DNA of 34,351 nucleotides from a virus (taxonomy: Duplodnaviria > Caudoviricetes): positions 1 through 34,351 of the IMG/VR virus record IMGVR_UViG_3300025086_000112; one strand, written 5' to 3'. This document shows, piece after piece, positions 8,340 through 18,512 of the stretch. How positions within the stretch are numbered: the first letter of the stretch is position 1; every line of letters begins with the position of its first letter. The notes below the pieces were generated by a model. That model was not told where the DNA came from. It saw only the letters and a list, made by a program, of their open reading frames with translations, and searched no databases. The position numbers and the translations under genes are program-made.

Positions 8340-8486
8340 ATGGATTGGGATTATTGGGAAGCACAATTATTAGGTTTTTCAAACCCCTATTACATAGATG
8401 GTAAAAAGAATTGGAATACAGAGAAACCTATGAAAGTTGCTTTCTTAGAATGGTTAGGAATGCCTCATATTTTGGAAGAAGAATAG
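8340..8486 (+). CDS. 48-aa hypothetical protein
   Basis: MDWDYWEAQLLGFSKPYY...; starts 1 nt after upstream stop. Confidence 0.55.
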   Translation: MDWDYWEAQLLGFSNPYYIDGKKNWNTEKPMKVAFLEWLGMPHILEEE

Positions 8487-8546
8487 ACAGCATTATATCC
8501 TTTAGCCAATGTTGACCGTTTGCTAGTGATAGCGGGTTGTGGTGTA

Positions 8547-9233
8547 ATGGTTGATTATCGTACTGTATTATCTTCTACTGGCTTCTTACCTATATTCAAC
8601 AGATTAGGTGGGTTTGTAGAAGAAACTGCTATGGATTTGTCAGGTTTAGCATTAGAAGATTTCAATAAGTTTACTGTCGGTGAGTTAACAGAAGACACTT
8701 TAGTTTCATTCGTTTCACCATTATTAGGAGAACCATTAACTCTTACTTTACAAGCCGCTAAAGACCAAATGGAAGAATTAGATGATGATACCGAACCTAT
8801 GGCATTAGATACTTCAACTAAGGATTTAAGTACAGAGACAATAAAACAATTAGAAGAAATAGGTCTATTTGATGCAGCAACCGAAGCAATGGATGGTAAA
8901 ATAAGAGAAAAGATATTACAGAAGGTTATGGAAGGAGAATTATCTAATGTTGAACAACTTAAATTAAAGACACTTGTTACCCATGCTTTACAACAAATAG
9001 CAGAATCATCTGAGTTTAAGAATTATGTAGGTCATACTTTCATTAGAGCATACGATATGTTAATTGTTGAACAAATAAAAGATATGGGAGGGTTAGAAGA
9101 TTTAACTGCTAAAGACCCTGAACCCCCTAAAGACGTATCAGATAAATTTGTTATAGAAGATGTAGAGACTTGGCAAGATAAGATGCGAGAATACAAATCA
9201 TTAGATTGGAAAGATACTATGAAGAGGGATTAA
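8547..9233 (+). CDS. Acidic hypothetical protein with C-terminal W-motif
   Basis: ORF; ends LDWKDTMKRD. Confidence 0.8.
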   Translation: MVDYRTVLSSTGFLPIFNRLGGFVEETAMDLSGLALEDFNKFTVGELTEDTLVSFVSPLLGEPLTLTLQAAKDQMEELDDDTEPMALDTSTKDLSTETIKQLEEIGLFDAATEAMDGKIREKILQKVMEGELSNVEQLKLKTLVTHALQQIAESSEFKNYVGHTFIRAYDMLIVEQIKDMGGLEDLTAKDPEPPKDVSDKFVIEDVETWQDKMREYKSLDWKDTMKRD

Positions 9234-9234
9234 T

Positions 9235-9375
9235 TTGGATTCGATGATAGAATGCCACAATCATGATAAAATTATGGATTCTTTATTTGATGACGATAAT
9301 GATTCTATAATAGTTAAACCCACAGATGGTAGTAAATCCTTATGGAGATGGTTACTTAGTATAATGAGGTGGTAA
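9235..9375 (+). CDS. 46-aa hypothetical protein
   Basis: TTG-start ORF exactly filling the gap between genes. Confidence 0.45.
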   Translation: MDSMIECHNHDKIMDSLFDDDNDSIIVKPTDGSKSLWRWLLSIMRW

Positions 9376-9376
9376 C

Positions 9377-9526
9377 TTGGAAAAGTTATCAGATTGGTTT
9401 GAACAATTAAAAATGACAGGTACGGTTTCTACCACTTCTACTGCAACAAGCGACTTATTTAATAATAAAACAGTTAATCGGAGGTTAAAACGTGGCAAAA
9501 AGAAAAAAACCACTAAAGAAAGTTGA
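9377..9526 (+). CDS. 49-aa W-tag microprotein with basic tail
   Basis: MEKLSDWFEQLKMTG...RRLKRGKKKK; GAGGTG RBS. Confidence 0.55.
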   Translation: MEKLSDWFEQLKMTGTVSTTSTATSDLFNNKTVNRRLKRGKKKKTTKES

Positions 9527-10583
9527 ACCTGTTATTTCAATGGGTACTGGTAAATCTAGAGTAGAGTATTCAGGCGAAGAGTTTTCTAAATTATTTAATG
9601 ATTGGAAAACTACTGCTAAAGGTGTTTCAGCAGCAAGTATGGGTGTAACTAGATTCAAGGGAAGTCTTTATGATATTCTAATGAATCACGGTATTGACGG
9701 TAGAATAATGGGTAATTCAGGTCCAAAAGAAACACCGGGTTTGGCTAAAGAGATAGAACTTTTAGAAAGGATGGCGAAACAACCTACTTTCAGCCCACAG
9801 GAATCTAAAGAGTTTAAAGCGATAATAAGTAAGTTAAACGAACATGGGGCAACGGATAGTGATTTGAACCCTAGAAATATTGCATTCGAGGGTATTGTAG
9901 GCATTAGACCTAGAACTAAAAAACCAGTAAAGAAAACAATATATGGTCATTATAGAACTGATGATTATATTGAATATAGAACTGACTATAAAAACAAAGT
10001 TGAAAGTGTTAGAGCAGCAGATGATTCTTGGTGGGATACAAGTAAAGGTGAGGCTACACCACCAATGTGGCAAGCAATTTATGGTGATGGAAGTCTTTCA
10101 CCATTTAATAAACCGGGGTTAGTTGCTGTTGTTACAGCAGGTGCTAAAGCAATAATAGATGTAGTACACCATATTGAAGAAGATGCGCCTGTAAAAATAG
10201 AACAAGCAGGTGCAGCAAAATTTGCATACGAAGGTATTTCAGAAATTAGACAAATGATGAAAATTATGGTTAGGGATGATGAGTTCACCACAAAGGCAGG
10301 AAACTTTGCTACTACTAGGGCTAGAACAAGATTAATGGGTACTCCTATCAATGTAGCAAATAATACTGAAAGTGAGAAAGTTAAAACTTTGTTGAATGCT
10401 AAAGGTACTCCGGGTTTTGTTGAAGATTTCTATATTTATATTTCTAGAAGACAAGTCAATCATATGGCTAAATTGGCAGGTTGGAAGCCTCCTGTTAAAG
10501 AAGAACCTAAAGAAGGTGAAAAATTGACAAGTAGTGATAGAGAAGTTAAAGATTGGAGAACTATAATGAAGGTGATAGCATGA
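9492..10583 (+). CDS. Hypothetical protein with C-terminal W-motif
   Basis: 363-aa ORF, GGAGG RBS; ends KDWRTIMKVIA. Confidence 0.8.
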   Translation: MAKRKKPLKKVEPVISMGTGKSRVEYSGEEFSKLFNDWKTTAKGVSAASMGVTRFKGSLYDILMNHGIDGRIMGNSGPKETPGLAKEIELLERMAKQPTFSPQESKEFKAIISKLNEHGATDSDLNPRNIAFEGIVGIRPRTKKPVKKTIYGHYRTDDYIEYRTDYKNKVESVRAADDSWWDTSKGEATPPMWQAIYGDGSLSPFNKPGLVAVVTAGAKAIIDVVHHIEEDAPVKIEQAGAAKFAYEGISEIRQMMKIMVRDDEFTTKAGNFATTRARTRLMGTPINVANNTESEKVKTLLNAKGTPGFVEDFYIYISRRQVNHMAKLAGWKPPVKEEPKEGEKLTSSDREVKDWRTIMKVIA

Positions 10584-10777
10584 GTTGGATGGATATTGTA
10601 AAAGATGATGATTTAGAAACAGAAGTTTCAGGATATAAAAGGCTCTTAGAGGATAAAATTGCTAGATTAGAGGCTTCAAAAAATAGAACTCAAGTAGAGG
10701 TTATTATTAAATCTCTAATAGAAGAATTGAACTCAAGAAGTATGTATTACTTTGATATTTACGGTGATGAAAAATGA
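10580..10777 (+). CDS. W-tag small protein
   Basis: MSWMDIVKD; GGTGA RBS; ATGA overlap. Confidence 0.75.
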   Translation: MSWMDIVKDDDLETEVSGYKRLLEDKIARLEASKNRTQVEVIIKSLIEELNSRSMYYFDIYGDEK

Positions 10778-10950
10778 GTTGGAAAAGGTATCTCAAACGG
10801 CAAGATAAAGGGTTAGGTGATACCGTTGAAAGAATCACAACAAAAACAGGAATCAAAAAAGCCGTTGATTATGTTTCAGATAAGACGGGTGTAGATTGTG
10901 GATGTACCGCAAGAAAAGAATATTTGAATAGGAGGTTTAACTATGACTAA
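10774..10950 (+). CDS. W-tag small protein (GLGDTV...DCGC motif)
   Basis: MSWKRYLKRQDKGLGDTVERITTKTGIKK...DCGCTARKEYLN; missed by ORF track. Confidence 0.75.
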   Translation: MSWKRYLKRQDKGLGDTVERITTKTGIKKAVDYVSDKTGVDCGCTARKEYLNRRFNYD

Positions 10951-11056
10951 GTGGCAAGAGATATTAAAACTGAAAGGAAAACAAAAGGAACTAGACGTTG
11001 ATGGCGATGGAGACATTGACGCAGAAGATTTCAAAGAATTAAGAGAAAATAAATAG
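10943..11056 (+). CDS. W-tag microprotein with EF-hand-like DxDxDG loop
   Basis: MTKWQEILKLKGKQKELDVDGDGDIDAEDFKELRENK; GGAGG RBS. Confidence 0.7.
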   Translation: MTKWQEILKLKGKQKELDVDGDGDIDAEDFKELRENK

Positions 11057-11064
11057 GTGATTTT

Positions 11065-11721
11065 TTGGTAACTAGAAAGCGTTGTGTTTTATGTAATCAT
11101 GAAGATAGATATGACATTGAGCATAGAATCGAAGAATTACATATTAGTACAGATATTATAGATAGAGAATATGATTGGCCTAGTGGTACAACTTCTAGAC
11201 ACCAAAGAAATCATATGGGGGAATACGTTAACTCATCTAATCCTAAGTGTGGGTTGTGTGTTAGTCCTATTAGAAAAGAATTGGAAGAACAATTACATGC
11301 AGGTAATATGACACCAACCACAGCAGCAAATATCGTAGGCTGTTCAGAAGAACAAATAGTACGCCATGTAAAAAATCATTTGCAACCTTTAGTTCAACAA
11401 TCCGCAGCAAATATAATTGCTGTGAAGGAAATAGATGAAATAGAAACTCTTGAGAGAAACATTAGTAGATTAGATACTATGATAGAATCATTGTTTGATG
11501 AAGGTAGTACAGACCCAAAATCTATTGATAGTTTAACCAAACTTGCTAGAGAGATTAGAGAGAGTCTAAAGTATGTTATGGAGTTCAAAGGTAAACTCGT
11601 ACATAAGAGACAAGATACAATTATAGTTGCACAAATGCAAATAGTGCAAGAAGTATTGGCACAAAATCATCCTGATGTTTGGTTAGATGTTAGAAATAAA
11701 ATGGAGGAGAAATTACAATGA
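11065..11721 (+). CDS. Zn-finger/HTH repeat protein, candidate terminase small subunit
   Basis: Two CxxC...HxxxH repeats with HTH-like spacers plus a helical oligomerisation-type C-terminus; upstream of TerL. Confidence 0.5.
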   Translation: MVTRKRCVLCNHEDRYDIEHRIEELHISTDIIDREYDWPSGTTSRHQRNHMGEYVNSSNPKCGLCVSPIRKELEEQLHAGNMTPTTAANIVGCSEEQIVRHVKNHLQPLVQQSAANIIAVKEIDEIETLERNISRLDTMIESLFDEGSTDPKSIDSLTKLAREIRESLKYVMEFKGKLVHKRQDTIIVAQMQIVQEVLAQNHPDVWLDVRNKMEEKLQ

Positions 11722-11966
11722 GTTGGAAAGATATAGTAAAAGAAGAAAACTGGCAGAAGACATATTATGAAAAAGATGCCGAAGAAGGTGAAACAGAATT
11801 AAGACTCAAAATGAAGAGAAGAGGTATTGATGAATCGGCCATAGATGAATCTATTATGAGAGTAAAAGCAAGAGTCATAGATGGCAAAATTGAATTTTCC
11901 GAAAAAGAAGTATTTGATGTTGTTGAACAAATCTATGATAGAAGGATAAAGGACTTATTTGGTTAA
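11718..11966 (+). CDS. W-tag small protein
   Basis: MSWKDIVKEE. Confidence 0.8.
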   Translation: MSWKDIVKEENWQKTYYEKDAEEGETELRLKMKRRGIDESAIDESIMRVKARVIDGKIEFSEKEVFDVVEQIYDRRIKDLFG

Positions 11967-11990
11967 GAAAAGAATACAGGAGGAATTACA

Positions 11991-12233
11991 ATGAGTTGGG
12001 AAGATACAATTAAACTGAATAAGTTCATTGAAGAGGATTACATAAACGCATGGGAGTACAAATCTAGGGATTTCGACAGTTCAAGAGATAAAACAAGGTT
12101 ATTGCGTATAGTTGATTTAATTCATACCGAAGCACGAACAGCACTTGACGATGGATTATCAGAAGATGAATTAAGAGAGAGATTACAAAAAATCGTTAAA
12201 ATAACGGATGCTGTAAATCGGTTTAGGATATAA
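11991..12233 (+). CDS. W-tag small protein
   Basis: MSWEDTIKLN. Confidence 0.8.
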   Translation: MSWEDTIKLNKFIEEDYINAWEYKSRDFDSSRDKTRLLRIVDLIHTEARTALDDGLSEDELRERLQKIVKITDAVNRFRI

Positions 12234-12251
12234 AATGGAGGAGAAGTTACA

Positions 12252-12548
12252 ATGAGTTGGAAAAACATATTAAAAGTTGATAAATGCTCTTATTGTAATG
12301 TAAGTTCTGATGAAACAGGAGTTCACCATACAACTTGTGAAGGAGGATGCGGTAAGAAGATTTGTGATTCCTGTCGTATGAAGTTATTAGGAAAAGAGTG
12401 GATGGTTGTGGATTATGAACCGGACAATGATAATTCGGATATGGGAGATTCTTGTAGGGAATGTTTTGATGCCGGAAAACACCCTCTTGGAAGATTAACC
12501 CCTGCCGAGAATACTGAAGCATTATCTGAGTTGGAGGAGTTACAATGA
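12252..12548 (+). CDS. W-tag Zn-finger protein
   Basis: MSWKNILKVD; CSYC, CEGGC, CDSC, CREC. Confidence 0.8.
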   Translation: MSWKNILKVDKCSYCNVSSDETGVHHTTCEGGCGKKICDSCRMKLLGKEWMVVDYEPDNDNSDMGDSCRECFDAGKHPLGRLTPAENTEALSELEELQ

Positions 12549-12943
12549 GTTGGCATATAATATTAAAACAATTAGACTGTCCTAAAGCAACGCAGGATTT
12601 AATGTTAAATACTAAAAATAGGGATGCAGCAGTAAAAAATCCAAACATTAGATATGGTCCACTTAATCTTGAAGATGAAAAATATTGGGAAGAATATGCA
12701 AGTAGGTGGAACACTTCTGCTGAAGTAGCAAAAGAATCTAATTGTAGTAATTGTGTTGCATTCGATATATCACCAAGAATGGATGACTGTATGCCTTTGA
12801 CTACTGATGAAGATGGTCATTTAGGATATTGCTGGATGCACCATTTCAAATGTCATTCAGCAAGAACTTGTTACACTTGGGCTAAAGGTGGCCCAATTGA
12901 TGATGATGCAACATCAAAAGAAAATCAAATGCGAGGCCAATAA
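12545..12943 (+). CDS. W-tag Cys/His-rich protein
   Basis: MSWHIILKQL; CSNCVAF...GYCWMHHFKCHSARTC. Confidence 0.8.
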   Translation: MSWHIILKQLDCPKATQDLMLNTKNRDAAVKNPNIRYGPLNLEDEKYWEEYASRWNTSAEVAKESNCSNCVAFDISPRMDDCMPLTTDEDGHLGYCWMHHFKCHSARTCYTWAKGGPIDDDATSKENQMRGQ

Positions 12944-13161
12944 TGACTACTTTAGATGATAAGTTAGCCGTATTGGATGCTGCTAAAAGAGTACAAGCCA
13001 CTATAACCAAAGAAATAAGTGATATTAAAAGTGCAGGTACATTGCCAAAAGAAATCACCAACGCTTTGAATGGTATTCAGAGAGGAGTGAATGAATTAAT
13101 CAAAGAGATTAATGATAAGATATACAGGCAGACTACATTGGGGGATTTTGAAAATGAGTAA
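12943..13161 (+). CDS. Small helical hypothetical protein
   Basis: TAATG-coupled ORF. Confidence 0.7.
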   Translation: MTTLDDKLAVLDAAKRVQATITKEISDIKSAGTLPKEITNALNGIQRGVNELIKEINDKIYRQTTLGDFENE

Positions 13162-14806
13162 TTTATTGAAAGCACATTCCAAACGAACCGAGGGTAGATA
13201 TGAGATTATACTAAGTTATCTACTTAGCGAGGAACTAACAAATACTTTTATTTCCAATACAAATGGAGAAAATGTTGCAGGTAGAATAAAGGCAATACAG
13301 TATTTTTTAGATAATCCTGAATCATTTCCTAAGATTCGTAGAAATGATGGAGTAGATGACAGGGCTAAAAAAGTATTAGAAGCAATTAAAGGTATTAAAT
13401 CAAATGAATCTATTGGCGGCAGTAAAGGAAGTCTATTCGATGATATATTAGAGAAGTTCAAATCAGGCGACATACAATCTTTACCAAATTGGTCTAACTC
13501 TCCTGAAGCACCTGAAACAAGAAGAAATAGGGTAAAGAATGTAAGAGATAATAAAACAAAATTGTTTGATGCAATCAAAAATTTTGATGAAGCAAAACAA
13601 ACTCAAGCATATGAAATGTTGAAAAATACTTACAAAATTGACAAACCTGCACCCGATACATATACTATAACTTCTAGACCTAATTCTCAAAAAATGATTG
13701 CATATTTGAGAAAAGTTGTTACTAGTAGTAATATACCAAAAAGAAATAAAATGGAAATTCTTGGTGGTACTGAAGATAATATTACTATAACGAAAATCAA
13801 AGAACTATTTGGAAATGATTATAATGAATTATTACCTACTCTAATTTACATTATAGAAACTAAAGACTTACCTATTAATTCTTCGGGTAATCTAGAATCT
13901 AGAGGTTTTCAAAAACCCAAAACTAAACTATCAATTGCCACTAAACAGGCTTTGAGTGGGTTGAGAGGTAGTGACTCCCCTGAAGGATTAAGAAAAATAA
14001 TGAGTAACATAGTAAGCACCACTAAAGAGAATATAAAGAATAAAAAACTATATCAAGATAATAAATTTTTAGAAGAGGTTGCTAAGAGTGTTGAATTAAA
14101 AAAACAATTTGAGGAATATGTTAGAAGATTATCTGCTGAAGTATCGTTAAATAAAATACCTGCTGATGATTATGATGCATTAAATGCAGAAGAGGAATCT
14201 GATGTATATGATAAGTATGGGTTTGAGGATGCTCAAGATTTTGATGATTGGTTAACTGCTTATGAGGAAAGAGAAGATGCCTTTTCTGCTATGCAACTAA
14301 GAGGTGGTGTTTATGTATTATCATCTGTAAATGATTTAATACATTTATCTGATTTATTTACTGAAGAGGATGTTGATTTAAAAGAAACATTCATGAGCAT
14401 AGATAGAAAAGAATATGGAAATTTTAATACACGATTTAGAATGTTTAAAGATTTAATCCCTATGTTAAATAGTATAAATCAAAGCACTGACACTCCTATG
14501 TCGAAAGAGTTTAAGAAATATTTTACTAAATTCAAAATAGATGCAGCACGATTTGATTCTTTAGAAGAATATAATGAAAACAGAAATGAATATTATGAGT
14601 TAATGTTAAAAGAACTAATTAATAACGGGGCATATAGTAAGATACGCCAAGGGCTGCGAGAAATAATTTATGATTCTATGAAAAAAGTCGTAGAAGATAA
14701 TTATAGAGTAAATGTTCAAGGTGTTACTGAACCTATAAAAATCTTAGAAAATTTAAAAATAGCAACGAAGAAAGTAGAAAGTAGTGAGGTGGAATCGGAT
14801 GAGTGA
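13154..14806 (+). CDS. Large hypothetical protein (possible virion-internal)
   Basis: ~550-aa ORF starting MSNLLKA. Confidence 0.8.
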   Translation: MSNLLKAHSKRTEGRYEIILSYLLSEELTNTFISNTNGENVAGRIKAIQYFLDNPESFPKIRRNDGVDDRAKKVLEAIKGIKSNESIGGSKGSLFDDILEKFKSGDIQSLPNWSNSPEAPETRRNRVKNVRDNKTKLFDAIKNFDEAKQTQAYEMLKNTYKIDKPAPDTYTITSRPNSQKMIAYLRKVVTSSNIPKRNKMEILGGTEDNITITKIKELFGNDYNELLPTLIYIIETKDLPINSSGNLESRGFQKPKTKLSIATKQALSGLRGSDSPEGLRKIMSNIVSTTKENIKNKKLYQDNKFLEEVAKSVELKKQFEEYVRRLSAEVSLNKIPADDYDALNAEEESDVYDKYGFEDAQDFDDWLTAYEEREDAFSAMQLRGGVYVLSSVNDLIHLSDLFTEEDVDLKETFMSIDRKEYGNFNTRFRMFKDLIPMLNSINQSTDTPMSKEFKKYFTKFKIDAARFDSLEEYNENRNEYYELMLKELINNGAYSKIRQGLREIIYDSMKKVVEDNYRVNVQGVTEPIKILENLKIATKKVESSEVESDE

Positions 14807-17552
14807 GCAATTTGATACTTGGTTAGAAGATTTAGATTTCTTTGATGAGGTTATGGATGTAATTATAAGAGGTAGAACTATTGCATTAAACTCAATCTTA
14901 ATGCCTTATGTTACGGGTGGTTCTGAACAAGAAGATGTTGATATTAAATCTATAAGAAGAGATTTTATAAAACATGTAAGAGAAACTACATCTGCTGAAA
15001 ACCTAGCCTACGCCATTCTATTAGCAGAAAAACAAGATAATCCTGAAATGGGTATGGCAGGTAAAATGACTAGAGGACATGATATTAAAATTAATCCTAA
15101 GTTTTTTGGAAGTACAGCCGATAAAGAAACAGGTGAAATATCAAGCACTTCATATAAAAATGCAATTAGGGATGAAGTAAATAAGTATAAAGGGTTTGTA
15201 AGATTTCCTGAATCAACCAAAAGAAAGGTCTTGGATTTATTCTATGACTATGCTAGGGATTCGTCAGAAGGATTAAAAGTTGCCTTCGGAGATATTGCAT
15301 CAGCAGATACTATAATTAAAGATACGTTAAAACCTATTTTAAGAAACTTACTTTTTGATGGTAAAACTGTTACAGTTAAAACCGCAATGAAAGGTGTTAA
15401 TACTTCAATTAATAAAATATCTTTATCCGATGAAGGAAGAGATAATTATTTGAACAACCCTGTAAAATTAAACGCTCATATTTCACAATTAGAAGATTTG
15501 TCTAATAATTATTCACATTTGAAAACACGACTATCAACAATTCTTAGGAAATTAAAATCTATTAATATATCAGGTCAGGAAGATATTAGGAAAGTAAGTG
15601 TTGATTTATTAGTTGGTTCTTTATCTTTAAAATCATTAGATAGAAGAGATAAGATATATAATTATTGGGAAAAGAAACATGAATCGTTTAGTAAATATAT
15701 TGACGCACAAGATGAGTTTATAGAATCCTATGAAAAATATCTTTCTACTGAAAGAGTATCCGAAGAAAATATGCCTAGTATCCTTCAACGTATAGCACAA
15801 TTAAAAGCAGTGAGATTAACTTCCGAAGATAATTATATTATCAAAGTACCTAAACAGAGTATTGAAAAAGATGATAAAAGTATTGAGGCAATATTGTTAT
15901 TAGGAGATTTTTTACAAGGATACTTGAAAGACCAAGAGACATTTCAAAGTATTGAATTAGACACTGCTACTTCTGCTGCTAGTGATTATGATTCAATGGA
16001 TGTTAGGATAGAACCTGAGTTTGCAGAACAATCCACAAAAACTCAAACAGACTTAGCAACTAGAGAAGCCTTTGGTAATAAAACTGAAAATGCATTATTT
16101 CAAGATATAGAATCATTCAAAACTCTAAAGGAAGTTGACCCATTATTCCAATATGTTTGGAGTCAAGGTGCATTTGGAAGAGTCGCTACTTTTAAGAAAG
16201 ACATTCAATCATTGAAGCGTAGAGCAAAGAAATATGCTAGTAAAATAAATGTAGAATTAAATGACTCAGATTTTAGTAAGTTGGAAAATTACATAGATGA
16301 TTTAGAAGAGTTTGCTACTGAAGATAAAGTAGACGACTTTTACTATCTACCGTTAACAAATAAATTAGTGGATGAGTTTCAATTAGAAAATAAAGAAGGT
16401 CTAAATAAAAAATTATTAGAACATTTTGATATAATGTATGATATTCTAAACTTGGGAACTGCATCAGAAAAGGCTGCTATGCCTACTGGTGCAAAAACAC
16501 TTGCAGGTAGAACTGGTAAAGATGATACATCAAGAGCAACAGAACAAACATATTCTTCTTTATTTACAGGAAGAAAGGGAACTAAACTGAAAGAAGTTTT
16601 AACTGAAATTGAGAATGAGTATGATGACTATGTTGATGCCTTGATAGATTATGTAATTAGACCATTACTTAGTGAAAATATGCCGTTTGACGATGAGCCT
16701 GAATATGTAACTAACAAAGTGATGGACTTTTTCATGTCTCAAGAAGGTAAAGAACCCACTGCCTTTACTACACTATTAGCACGTTATGCTGAAATGGGTA
16801 CTGCAACATTATCAGTTAAAGCATTGGCAAGATTGACTGAATTATTAGAAGAGATTGGTAATGTTGCACCGGGTTCTAGGTTATCCGGTATAAAATCTAA
16901 AATGGAACTTGCCGCTAAACAATTGGACTTAATTTTTGAAATGCAACATACCAAAGATATTGATATCGAGTTTGGTGCAGCACTTCAAGAAATAAAGGAA
17001 AAAAATAATTTAAATATTGACGTAGAGTTTAATGGTACTCCTGTTGAAAAACTAGCAAAAGAATATAGTGATGATAAATTGTATCCTTTAGCCGTATTAG
17101 TTAAACATATTAGAAAAAGAAAAACTGATTATCAAGGAGATGCTTTGTTAAATCCTAGAGCAAAAGATTCAGGATTGGCTTCTGCGGGAAATAATGCAAC
17201 TAAAGAAGGGACATCAGGTGGTAGGAATATGATATCTTCATTTATACAAAGTTATGATAATTTGACTACTAAGGGACTACTTATTAAAAGTGACATTGAA
17301 ATAAATCTACTTGAATCACACGACTCTATTAGAAAGATGTTAAATAAACCAGTGTATTATGGTATATCTAAACTTGATAATTTCTATCATGTTAATAGTG
17401 CTATTGACAATATACACCAAATACATAAAATAGAATTGACGGCTAATGATATAGAATCTATTGTTACTGAATTAGATGCTATGTCTAGTATTGCTAAAAA
17501 GCATGGTATATCTGAAGAGACAGTGTACTATTTGAAGGGTAACTTTAGGTGA
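14799..17552 (+). CDS. Large helical hypothetical protein with C-terminal HTH-like segment
   Basis: ~917 aa; ends SIAKKHGISEETVYYLK; GAGGTG RBS. Confidence 0.8.
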   Translation: MSEQFDTWLEDLDFFDEVMDVIIRGRTIALNSILMPYVTGGSEQEDVDIKSIRRDFIKHVRETTSAENLAYAILLAEKQDNPEMGMAGKMTRGHDIKINPKFFGSTADKETGEISSTSYKNAIRDEVNKYKGFVRFPESTKRKVLDLFYDYARDSSEGLKVAFGDIASADTIIKDTLKPILRNLLFDGKTVTVKTAMKGVNTSINKISLSDEGRDNYLNNPVKLNAHISQLEDLSNNYSHLKTRLSTILRKLKSINISGQEDIRKVSVDLLVGSLSLKSLDRRDKIYNYWEKKHESFSKYIDAQDEFIESYEKYLSTERVSEENMPSILQRIAQLKAVRLTSEDNYIIKVPKQSIEKDDKSIEAILLLGDFLQGYLKDQETFQSIELDTATSAASDYDSMDVRIEPEFAEQSTKTQTDLATREAFGNKTENALFQDIESFKTLKEVDPLFQYVWSQGAFGRVATFKKDIQSLKRRAKKYASKINVELNDSDFSKLENYIDDLEEFATEDKVDDFYYLPLTNKLVDEFQLENKEGLNKKLLEHFDIMYDILNLGTASEKAAMPTGAKTLAGRTGKDDTSRATEQTYSSLFTGRKGTKLKEVLTEIENEYDDYVDALIDYVIRPLLSENMPFDDEPEYVTNKVMDFFMSQEGKEPTAFTTLLARYAEMGTATLSVKALARLTELLEEIGNVAPGSRLSGIKSKMELAAKQLDLIFEMQHTKDIDIEFGAALQEIKEKNNLNIDVEFNGTPVEKLAKEYSDDKLYPLAVLVKHIRKRKTDYQGDALLNPRAKDSGLASAGNNATKEGTSGGRNMISSFIQSYDNLTTKGLLIKSDIEINLLESHDSIRKMLNKPVYYGISKLDNFYHVNSAIDNIHQIHKIELTANDIESIVTELDAMSSIAKKHGISEETVYYLKGNFR

Positions 17553-17556
17553 TTAA

Positions 17557-18117
17557 ATGTCGGATGAAGATTATCCTCAATTACCCGCCACTAAGTATGC
17601 TGCTGATGAAATATATTTCAAAACAATGTCAGAGGATGATGCCATTCAAATATTTAGAAAAGATGGGTATGATGGGTTCAAATCTAGAGTACAAAGATTT
17701 AGGAGTATCCCTAAAGATGGTAAGTTTGCTACTGCCCCATCCGTACACCATGTTGCATTTGAAAAAGATACAGACAAACCTATTGGAGTAATCGGTTATG
17801 CACCATACAAAGATTTTTTATTAGGTTCAGGAATACACGTTAGAGACACCTTTAGACGTAGAGGGTTAATGGGATTATTATTTCGTGAAATGATTAGAAA
17901 TAAAGGAAATAAAAAACTGATAGTTAATTTTTCTGATAGAAATGCTATGAACTACTATCTTAGTGAAGGGTTTAGGCAATTAGAGGAATCAGAATTACCT
18001 GATGAATTAATAGAAGAGATTTCTATTGGTAATGCTAAGAAAATTATCGGAACTCTAGAAAAATATTACATTCATAATTCTAGTTGGTGGGCTGCAATAA
18101 AAACCGAGGTGATATAA
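17557..18117 (+). CDS. GNAT-family acetyltransferase
   Basis: HVRDTFRRRGLMGLL (acetyl-CoA motif A) and N..AMNYYLSEGF (motif B); ends SWWAAIKTEVI. Confidence 0.75.
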   Translation: MSDEDYPQLPATKYAADEIYFKTMSEDDAIQIFRKDGYDGFKSRVQRFRSIPKDGKFATAPSVHHVAFEKDTDKPIGVIGYAPYKDFLLGSGIHVRDTFRRRGLMGLLFREMIRNKGNKKLIVNFSDRNAMNYYLSEGFRQLEESELPDELIEEISIGNAKKIIGTLEKYYIHNSSWWAAIKTEVI

Positions 18118-18512
18118 TGGATGTATGGTTTGAACAAGTACAAAAAGGAAAAAAAGATGCTTGTTATCATAAAGTAAGAAGGCGTTACAAGAAATGGCCT
18201 TCTGCCTATGCAAGTGGTGCTTTAGTTCAGTGTAGAAAAGTTGGCGCAAAGAATTGGGGTAATTCTGTAAAGAAAGGTGGAGACAATTTCAAAAGAGAAA
18301 AAGATGAGGGATTACACGGTTGGTTTTCTAGAAGAGGTGGAAAAGAAAAAGGTGGTAAAACTCAAAGAGGTTGGATAGATTGTTCTAGTTGTGGTAGTAA
18401 AGGTGGGCCAAAACCTTGTGGTAGAAAAGATGCTTCTAAAGGAACTAAAAGAAGATGTAGGCCAACATGTGCAGCATGTAAAACATATAAACGAAGGAAG
18501 GGAACAGCATGA
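18117..18512 (+). CDS. Highly basic Cys-rich W-tag protein
   Basis: MDVWFEQVQKGKKDACYHKV...WPSAYASGALVQCRK; GAGGTGA RBS. Confidence 0.8.
   Translation: MDVWFEQVQKGKKDACYHKVRRRYKKWPSAYASGALVQCRKVGAKNWGNSVKKGGDNFKREKDEGLHGWFSRRGGKEKGGKTQRGWIDCSSCGSKGGPKPCGRKDASKGTKRRCRPTCAACKTYKRRKGTA

Larger units (their letters stand above)
11696..12553 (+). repeat. Four copies of gene-junction repeat GGAGGA(G)(AA)(A/G)TTACAATGAGTTGG
   Basis: Precedes ATGs at 11718, 11991, 12252, 12545; copies 1 and 3 share ATAAAATGGAGGAGAA(A/G)TTACAATGAGTTGGAAA. Confidence 0.85.
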
